Source: Octopus bimaculoides
Lineage: Eukaryota
Direction of reading: 5' to 3'
DNA length: 44,373 nucleotides
Assembly (NCBI RefSeq): GCF_001194135.2
Contig: NC_068985.1
Span: 63,740,212 to 63,784,584, forward strand
Numbering within the stretch: position 1 is the first letter of the stretch; each line of letters starts with the position of its first letter. Below, one piece after another: positions 35,315 to 44,373 of the stretch. The translations under genes were made by a program, and so were the position numbers. The notes under the pieces are model-generated. The model was given only the letters and a program-made list of their open reading frames with translations. It was not told the DNA's origin and made no database searches.

Positions 35315-36489
35315 CTACAAGACAGCAAGAATAGTTTCATGTATATTTCATTCCCCATTTAACATTCTCAGAGAACAGATACAGAAGATATGTTTACAAT
35401 CATCTATCATAATTAACCTCACTTTAAGTTCTTACTGCTGGTTTCTTCCTTTCTTTTTTTTTAATGCCTCAGCCAAAGGAGCCAGGGTAACACCTATGAC
35501 TTCCACAACTGGTTGGAAGAAAGGGTAAAAGTTTTTATATGAATGTTAGCAACAGAGTGGCCCCAGTTAAAGGTACCTAAGGGTCATTAGGTAGTGTTGA
35601 ATGTTATTAAGAATCTCACTGACATTATCCACCAAGTAGCTGAAATGGTCAATGAACATTCTTAAAATAATAAAAATTCTACAGAAGGCTACATTCTGAT
35701 CATTTGAACTCAAAAATAAACAGAAATTTATTTTGTTTCCATTAATAGTAACATTAATTTTGCTTAAAAATTATTTCTAGAATAAACAGAATGTAGTCTC
35801 CCAAAATGTGTGGAGGAATGAATTAAAGTACACTCAGTCTGGTACATATTTTTATCAACACCTGAACTAGATATGAACTAAAAACATAAAATGATGTAAC
35901 TAAATACTACTAGCCATTTTGTTCAAAGTTTTATCAATTTTGTCAACACATTTTATGTATCACTCAAATTACTTCATATGAGAGACAAACCTCTTTTAAT
36001 AAACTACTTACCATCTTTAAACTAGACTCCACCCACATATCTTAGTCCGTAAATGTTAAACATCATACCTACAATATAAACAAAGTAACTATGACTAGAC
36101 TCTTCCTTATAAACCTGTTTCATTTCACCTCGACCCAAATACAGAATATTTTCAATGTTGTTATCTGAGGTATTAGCCCCCTGTGTAAAGGCTATATTGT
36201 TATAGATAACTGTCTACTCAACAACAGCTAACTCACCATAATCAATTGTTGCTGAGCATATATATCAAGGTAATCCTAAATCTCTTCCTATTTAACCCAC
36301 ATTACTATCCTCATTAATCCTCTCTGACTCTCTCTCTCCCTAACATCACTCTTTCAATTTTAATAGTCCCTTCCCCAACTTGTTTGTTACTGTCTTGACT
36401 AACACCCTCTGCTAAAAAGAAATCTGTTTCACCTGACCTTAAGTCATGTCCACTCTCTTATTTTCTCTATCAGTAGTGGAGGTTCTTTA

Positions 36490-36700
36490 GGCAACCTCAC
36501 AAGTGCTGGTGTTACAAAACAAGCTGCTAATAATAGTGTGTTAAGTGGTTGATGTTAGGAAGAGCATCCAGCTATAGAAACCATACCAAAACTGAGACAT
36601 AGGAGCAACACAACATCCACTGATTCATTGGATCCTGTTGAACCATCCCAACCATGCCAACATGGAAAACAGACATTAAATGAAAAAGATGATGAGTGGA
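36490..36700 (+). mobile_element. Family B-related repeat (diverged)
   Basis: gttagga.g.gcatccagctatagaaac...aaccatcccaaccatgccaacatggaaa. A similar copy lies at 40130-40330. Confidence 0.6.
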
Positions 36701-36897
36701 GCTAAAGAGAGGACTTCTATGTGGCCATTCAACTTGAAAGTAAAAACAGTCACATCTCCTTAAAAATTACACCCAGCTGTCTTCAATAATGAAGGATTCA
36801 TTAAATTAGTTGTTCCTGAAAATGTGATGAGATGGCCACAACTGGAATGTCTGCAAGATTAGGGCTGATGACAATAACAGTGACCACCATAACTTAC

Positions 36898-37011
36898 CAT
36901 TGTCAATGCTTTCAGTGTTCTGTTGAAGAGTTGATCCATCATACAGGGAAGGCTGATACATTCAGGAACAATGATATTCCCACCATCCAGATCAGCAACT
37001 ATCACATCAAG
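36898..37011 (-). CDS. SBF2: SBF1/SBF2 coding exon, 114 nt
   Basis: ttctttattttgtAG ... GTaagt. LDVIVADLDGGNIIVPECISLPCMMDQLFNRTLKALTM contains the SBF-type LDVIxADLDGG..PEC motif. Phase 0-0. Confidence 0.94.
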
Positions 37012-37789
37012 CTACAAAATAAAGAAGAATTAATGTCAAGATAGCTTTAGCCATTAGCAAGTTGCTTCAATGTTTTGTCTATGATCAATTTCTACAGAAA
37101 TATTGTTCAAACTAAGTATATTAATACTCTCCTATAGAATATCTTTCATTACAAATTCTCAAATGGCTTTGAAGTCAAGAGTATCTATAAATGGGTGATA
37201 AAACTTACTGGACTCAGAGTCATGATATTCATTCCTTTTCTAATTACATTAACATGAACCAACTATAACCCCTCCCACTTTTCCCCTCCTTCTATCACGC
37301 TTATGTTTCACCCCCCATAACTTCCTCTACACAACAGCAACTGTCTAGAGTTCCTTCCATCCATCTTTCACACACTCTCTCCCTCTCTCTCTCTCTCTGC
37401 ATACACATACATACACACACACAAACACACATCAGTGCAAGACTAAACAGTAGCTACCTCAATTATATCAACCACAGAAAACCTTCAAAGGTTTTAGACA
37501 CTACCTCTCTTCTTAGCCAAATTTTAGATAACACTAGACTACCTATCACCTGTTGGGTCACTGACAGCTAAGGTTATAAAACATTAAAATTGATTTCAAT
37601 GAAATGAAAGCTAATTTTATGATGATTCGGTTAAATATTTCAATTTGTTCGTAACATCATAGGTCTGGTTTACAAGTTCATGTTTAAGGTTTTATAGATT
37701 ATTTACAGCATATGTACACACTTCTACAAAAATGGAAAAGAAATTGTTATATAATGTATACATAAAATTAATGGAAACAATTTTCCCAT

Positions 37790-39875
37790 TTCAGGGCTAT
37801 GTTACTTTCAGAGTATTTTCTCATTATGCACTGTTTTGGCTATTTATGAAAGTACCCAAATAAACCACACATCTCAGGAATCCGTGATCCGATTTACATG
37901 AAACTTGTTTTATTCCGTTTGTATTCACATTTCAGGGATACCTTACTTTTAGAGTATTTTCCCATTATGTGCTGGTTTGGCTGTATTAAATTACAGACAT
38001 GCAAGCAAGCACACAAACAGAACTGGCATAACTATATACGTGTATCCTCCACCTGACTTTGTTGCCTAGTAAGTTCCAGAAAAATGGATACTTTTTAACA
38101 AAATTTTCAACAAATACCACTTAGATACTGTGGATTCCGAGTATATAGGAATTTCATCATCATCATCATTTAACGTCCATTTTCCATGTTGGCATGGGTT
38201 GGACAGTTTGACTGAGGTCTAGAGAATCAGCAGCTGCACCAGGCTCCAATCTGATCTGGCAATGTTTCTACAGCTGGATGCTCTTCCTAACACCTTCCTT
38301 ATGGGAAAGAATTTTTTCGAGGGGGTAGGGAGAGGAGTTTTGGAAAATTCACACGATCCAAATTTTTTCCCCTCATAATTTTCAGGAAAATGGATATGTT
38401 TTACTGAAATTTTATACAGATAACTTCCAGATAGCATAGATTACGATTATGAAGAAATTTGTGAGGAAAATTTTTTCCAAGGGGGTGGGGAGAAGAGTTT
38501 CGAAAAACAGAGTTTGGGATCAGGAAGACTAAATAAGTTGGAATTACTCCATTTTGATGGGTTTTTTTTCTTTTTCTTTTAACCACAGCCTTCAAAATGA
38601 TGTGGGTGGGGAACATCCTTTTATGAAAAAAAAGTTCAAAAAATTTTTTTGTACACCTCACCACCTCTCATCATCCCACTCCAGACTGATTTTCATCAAT
38701 TTTTTTTTTGCACTTCAAAACTATGGGAGGAGCCTTTCGGTAAAAAAGATAATTTTAAAAAATTGTTAATATTTTCAGAAGAAAAAGTGAGTAATTTAAG
38801 GGAGATTTGGCAGTTGTTTCTAGCACATCCAAGACAACCCTCCTCGTTTCTTTCTCACTCTTGAATGTACTAAGGTATTTCATGTTTCAGTATTTTTCTC
38901 CCCCTAATTACAGTTATATCCAATAAAAAACAATTTGAAAAATCATGATTTTTTTTGAAACCCCACTCCCTGCCCTTGATTGCTTTTGTTTATAAATTAA
39001 AATATTGGAAAGCTTGAGAAGGTTATTGCTGGCATTTATCCACAGTGGTATTTAAATGATAATTCATTTTAGTAGCATACTTTTCTGTTAGAAAATGTTT
39101 TTTCTTACATGCACACATGGCTTCACTTGATTGAGGTGGAGGTAAAAATTTAAATTACAATTTTCTTTTTTTGTTGCTAATATTCCACCAACGAACCATG
39201 CGTGTGTTACTTTGGCATCATCATTCCATAAAATGTGTTTAACGGTAGAAAAATATTGAGAAAACATCACTACATGTGAGAGTGAAAACAGGGTGGTTTG
39301 GGATGTGCTAGACACAACAGCCAAATCTCCCTTGAATCATACACCTTTTCCTCAAAATTTTTTTAAATTAAACATTTTTTTTTTAATTGTAAAGGCTCCC
39401 ATGATTTCTAAATAAAAAAATAAGTTAACCAAAATCTATCTGGAATGGGACGGTGAGGAATTTCAAGCATCTTCAAAACTGTTTTCCATAAAAAAGATGC
39501 ACCTCATCATTTCAAAGTCTGTAATGAAATAAAAAATGTGAAAAATCCTCGTCAAAACAGAACAGTTCTAACTTATTTGATCTTCCTGTTATGAAGTAAC
39601 AAAGTTGGTGGGGTATACATCTGTAGTTATGCCAACAAAACTATCCAGGTGGTCACAGTAAAGGACAATAACTCCAGCTTCTACTGCTTAAATTTGTGGA
39701 AACAAACCCCACAAAAAACCCATATCTCAGCAATCCATGATCGGATTTACACAAAACTTGTTTTATTCTGTTTGCATTCACATTTCAAGGATACTTTCAG
39801 AGTATTTTCCCATTATGCACCAGATAAACAAGATTACAAGCAAGCAATCACACAGTTTTAGTAGTATACGGATTT
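37790..39875. mobile_element. Composite of oppositely oriented AT-rich DNA-type elements (Helentron/HINE-like) forming a long inverted repeat
   Basis: Inverted similarity 38521-38840 vs 39291-39588 and 38024-38065 vs 39595-39634; direct similarity 37869-37970 vs 39721-39820 (atctcag.aatcc.tgatc.gatttaca..aaacttg). A family B repeat is inserted at 38156-38295. The family assignment is tentative. Confidence 0.55.
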
Positions 39876-40461
39876 AAAAATTGGTTCCATTTGAGATACA
39901 CAACAGTCACAAACTCAGTTTACTAAGATGAGCTTACAGTACCACACACCAGTATATTGAATATTAATCCACTATTAAGCATTGTAATACATATCGGTAA
40001 ATTGAGTCTTGTCAAGAACATGAGACCTCTCTAGTATTGGTGCCACAAAAACAAAATAAGAAAAAAATAAAACACATCAACAAATCAAATAAAGCAAGAT
40101 TCAGAGAGGCTTTGTAGTCTTGTCAAGGGAAAGGCAACCTCAGTATCGCTGGTGCCATGATAAAATACATCCAGTCCACTTTGTAAAGTGGTTGGTGTTA
40201 GGAAAGGCATCCAGCTACAGAAACATATTCAAACTGAGATAGTGGAGCAAGACATGGTCATCCAATATGTAGAATCCTGTTGAACCATTCAACCCATGGC
40301 AGCATACAAAATGGATATAAAATTATGATGATGTTGATAATATGTTGAAATTAACTGCAGTAGAGACAAACTTCAAATATTGATGATGAGAAGACCATAA
40401 AGCATTTTCCTAGAGATGACTGAATTGCAAGAAGAGAGAAAAAGCATTAAAGTACACTTAC

Positions 40462-40570
40462 CAAATCAGAACGTTCTGGGCATATTGAGGAATGAATACC
40501 AGCAAGAAATGGTGTTGGAGTGTTGAGGACCTCCAGTAATGAGATAGGGAGAATAGGTATGTAAACATAA
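40462..40570 (-). CDS. SBF2: SBF1/SBF2 coding exon, 109 nt
   Basis: ttgcttctAG ... GTaagt. (S)YVYIPILPISLLEVLNTPTPFLAGIHSSICPERSDL carries the typical DENN YIPILP...PTPF motif. Phase 2 to 0, compatible with the previous exon. Confidence 0.94.
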
Positions 40571-40919
40571 CTAGAAGCAAAAAGAAAACAATGATAAAAT
40601 ATATCCCAAAAAGGTCAGTTAAATGGAGAATGATTTACTGGTTTATAAATATTTAAAAAAATATTTAATTTTAAGGTGTATATTTGTGTTATGCACATAA
40701 GGTGTGGATATGAATTATTTATATATATATAATGTGTGTGTGTTATCTATGTATATAAGATGTACATACATGTTATGTATATATACAAGGTGTATGTGTT
40801 GTCTATGTCCATAAGATAAATGGAAATTTTTCTCAGTTCTAAATTTACTTGAAAACATTTCAGTTCTTGTTTGTATTTCCATGTATGGAATTTCTTTCTT
40901 AATTCTTTGACAGATTTAG

Positions 40920-41760
40920 CCATTAGAAGTCATTAACCAGTCTTGATTTTCTGATATGAGAAAATAAACAGGAGAGGGCTGAGAACTGAGTCCTGATGAA
41001 CACCTAACTGTACACTGAATACAATGCCCAGTTTCACCTTACTCTTTATGTGACTTACACCTATTCATCTTAATGACAAGACTATAAGGCATGCTACCTA
41101 ATCAAAAGGTTTCTCAAGGTCAACAAATGTGACTTGTTATTTGCTAAGAATTCCTCATTCATAACCAACCTGGCATTAACCTGAAAAACATTTCATCTAA
41201 TTCTCTTCTTAAATAGTTGAGCTTTCTAGTCCATCAATTGTATCCTACTTTGCAAAACATTACAACATCAGTGACTTGCCCTGATAATCTGGTTGCCTTC
41301 CCTGCCATTTCTATAATATAGTAATTATCAATTTCAATAGCTAATCCCTTTGAGGGTTCCACTTGGGATAGACCCTATCCCACACATTCCTCTCATTCTG
41401 TATCCTCACTTACTGGCAATTCCAAGTCTCCTCCTCTTCTGCGTTCTCCTCACCATCAGTAACAGTGACTGTAGCACTGTAGTTACAAACACAGTTTTCT
41501 CTAACAATGTTTGAATTTGAAGTGATACATTATTTTGCAATCCAGAACACATCACATCTCTGATCCTTCTCTTGTTGCAGGACATTGGTAAACCCCTTAG
41601 CTTCTCTCTTTGCTAAAATATACCTGAACATCAAACTTGCTACCTGCTATTGTTGCTTGTGACCACTTTCTTTTAATCTTTCCAGGCTAGTCTCAGGCTT
41701 TTATGGCATTATCTACAGTATCATTATGTTACCTTCCATTTGGGTGGAACATTGGTCCAT
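40920..41760 (-). mobile_element. Heavily degraded RTE-clade LINE (RT region)
   Basis: FSVQLGVHQDSVLSPLLF and FVDLEKPF remnants. The upstream part resembles 25900-26280. Confidence 0.7.
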
Positions 41761-42737
41761 CCACAGATCCAGTCTATGTCTACGGCAGATGGTCACATAG
41801 AAACACCTAAGTATCCTCAATATTATCACTCTTTATCCTATCCACATTCTAATACACATCACTTACTACTTCTCTGAACATATGTCAGACATAGGGATCT
41901 TTCAGCTTCCATATCATCCTTCTTGGGATTATCTATGTTCCAACATCTGTTTAACATTTGTCCATATGTCACTAATCAACACTGCACAGCATAGTTACCA
42001 CTAAGAAAGGATTTGTATTTACAACCAGATGTCAATCCTCTTTCAACATGATTATGAAGTCTATCTGGTTTGGATAGTTAAAATTGTGTTACGCATGTAA
42101 GGTGTGGATATGTGTTATATATATAAAAGGTGTATATATGTGTTATCTATGTATACAAGGTGTGTTCATGTGTTGTCAATGTCTATAAGATGAACAGAAA
42201 TATATATCACACAACTGAGATATATGGAATTAACAGTCTTTCATGACAACAATAATGACTCCCCCCCCCAACACACACAAACACAAACAACAGAAATCTA
42301 CTAGATTCATAGATTCAGTGGACATGAGTTATTTCCTCAGAGATGTATTAGATGGGAGCACTTTTTATTCAAATGTCTCATTAAAATTTGTTTAGTTAAT
42401 AGGTTGCCTGACTTTGAAGTAGAAATTGAAAAAATAACTAATTAATCGAATGTTTAATTGGAATATTGATAGAATTTGTTGTTTCTACAACTAGAGAAGA
42501 AAAAAAATCAGTCAGGCCGAAAGAATAAAGAGCAACTCTTGATTACAAGATTGAGGAGTACTGCATATAACTTTTATCTCATAAAGCAACAGAAATAGTT
42601 GATAATGAATTAATAATATTTGTGAAACTTTTTTATTTCAACAATATTGAATATTCTTTTGATGGACACAATCAGCAAAAGAACTGTGATCTACTAAAAA
42701 TATCAGCAAAATCCCTATAAATCATTCTCAACTATCT

Positions 42738-43345
42738 TCATCATCATCATCGTTTAACGTCCGCTTTCCATGCTAGCATGGGTTGGACGATTTGACTGAG
42801 GACTGGTGAACCGGATGGCTGCACCAGGCTCCAATCTGGTCTGGCAGGGTTTCTACAGCTGGATGCCCTTCCTAATGCCAACCATTCCGAGAGTGTAGTG
42901 GGTGCTTTTACGTGCCACCTGCACAGGAGCCAGTCCAGCGGCACTGGCAAGGACCTCGCTCGAATGATTTTCTAATGTGCCAGTAAGGCGACACTGGTAA
43001 CGATCACACNNNNNNNNNNGACGATTTGACTGAGGACTGGTGAACCGGATGGCTGCACCAGGCTCCAATCTGGTCTGGCAGGGTTTCTACAGCTGGATGC
43101 CCTTCCTAATGCCAACCATTCCGAGAGTGTAGTGGGTGCTTTTACGTGCCACCTGCACAGGAGCCAGTCCAGCGGCACTGGCAAGGACCTCGCTCGAATG
43201 ATTTTCTAATGTGCCAGTAAGGCGACACTGGTAACGATCACACTCAAGTGGTGCTATTTACGTGCCACTAGCACGGAAGCCAGACAGCTGCTCTGGCAAT
43301 GATCACACTCGGACAGTGCTATTAGTGCTCCACTGGCACAGGTGC
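42738..43345 (-). mobile_element. Family B repeat, long version with internal subrepeats; includes a probable assembly duplication
   Basis: (CAT)n tail at 42738. 42786-43009 is identical to 43020-43243 across a 10-N gap. Confidence 0.8.
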
Positions 43346-43517
43346 TGGTCATCAAAAGAAAAAACACTGCAGTATCAGTATTATAGCTCAGTCCACTTAC
43401 AAGGATTTTGATTACAGATTGGTTTGATGAGGACAGGAAAAGAGCTAATTAACATCATAATCCTGTAAAACCTGACAGCATTTACTGTGTTGAGAACAAA
43501 GTGACTAAGTAACTTAC

Positions 43518-43650
43518 CTGTAGCGTAGGGGATATAAAAGAGCAGTTAGTCCGTGGCAGGCATCAGTAAGACGTGTGTAACTTTGAGAGAGGAAAAGAAC
43601 TTTGTGATCAGTCAGCACAGCAGTAAACAGAGACACAACATTTTTGATAC
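43518..43650 (-). CDS. SBF2: SBF1/SBF2 (MTMR5/13) internal coding exon, DENN domain, 133 nt
   Basis: Acceptor tttaatttcAG, donor GTaagt. Translates (G)[43 protein letters not shown](S), matching vertebrate SBF2 [45 protein letters not shown] as I recall it. Phase 1 to phase 2. Confidence 0.93.
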
Positions 43651-43693
43651 CTGAAATTAAACAAATTCCATGTTAGACAGCACTTTATGATAT

Positions 43694-44053
43694 ACTAGCC
43701 AATGAAAAATGCAGACACATACTAACAATATTCTTAACAATTAAACCGGGAAAAGTGGAGGACAAGAAAAAACTCATTAAAATTAAAACTTAAAATACTG
43801 CTGCTAAAATTAAATAGTACCACTTAGGTTCTTTTTCATATTTTTTTTAAAATTCAATTAATTTCACTTTTCTCTTTTTATTTTAATTTTATTTTTTGTA
43901 CAAAATAAATTAATGAAAAAAGATTTTTAATTTTAATTTTAGTAGCAATATTTTAAGCTCTAATTTTAATGAATTTTTTTCTTGTACTCTATTTTTCCAG
44001 GTTTAATTGTTAAGAATATTGTTCTTATGCATCCGTATTTTTCATTGGCTAGT
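43694..44053. mobile_element. Foldback / MITE-like element with ~120-bp inverted arms
   Basis: 43694-43814 is the reverse complement of 43932-44053 (actagccaatgaaaaat; aacaatattcttaacaattaaacc; cattaaaatta). Shares motifs with the 24964-25476 element. Confidence 0.85.
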
Positions 44054-44373
44054 CCAGTGTTTTTACAGGCATTGCAGTAATAGTAAAATTTTAATTAAAA
44101 ATATATGAAATTACCATTTTTTGCAGTCATTTTGAATTCAAAAATTTCCAAGAAAATTCAAGCAAAAGTTTGATTTTTTTTTTCATTTGACTAATTTTCA
44201 TTTAGAAATTACATTAAAAATGAATTATAATCATGGCAACTTTGCCTTTTCTGGACATAATGTACGTACTGTAATTTTGGTACTGTACAGAGACAAAGTT
44301 ACAGATGAATATATTTGAAGAATTTTTAAAATAATGAAAAAAAAAAAAAATGAGGCTACAAATTTAATAAAAT

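Noticed and set aside
42786-43243. Exact 224-bp tandem duplication (42786-43009 = 43020-43243)
   Set aside because: 100% identical and separated by exactly 10 N, the signature of an unmerged contig overlap. Treated as an assembly artefact.

Overview
AT-rich, gap-containing animal genomic DNA. The SINE families look like an octopus (coleoid cephalopod) assembly; this is inferred, not searched. The only host gene is on the minus strand: eight in-frame internal coding exons (43518-43650 down to 8146-8300, 937 nt, all GT-AG) of an SBF1/SBF2 (MTMR5/MTMR13) DENN-domain gene whose start and end lie outside the window. The introns are filled with decayed mobile DNA: a Ty3/Gypsy gag-protease fragment, RTE-clade LINE fragments, four R4/Dong-like RT/restriction-like-endonuclease fragments (three stacked at microsatellites), two mariners, several SINE families, foldback inverted repeats and microsatellites. 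None has an intact ORF. The most interesting signal is a roughly 800 bp insertion (33467-34284) flanked by a 12-bp direct repeat. It contains two tandem 353-371 bp units, each with a minimal type I hammerhead ribozyme motif on the host gene's sense strand, plus an inverted partial unit, which resembles a Penelope pseudo-LTR or non-LTR retrozyme. Most short ORFs in the supplied track are microsatellite, SINE or gap artefacts. Repeat boundaries are approximate and repeat family names come from recognition, not database search.
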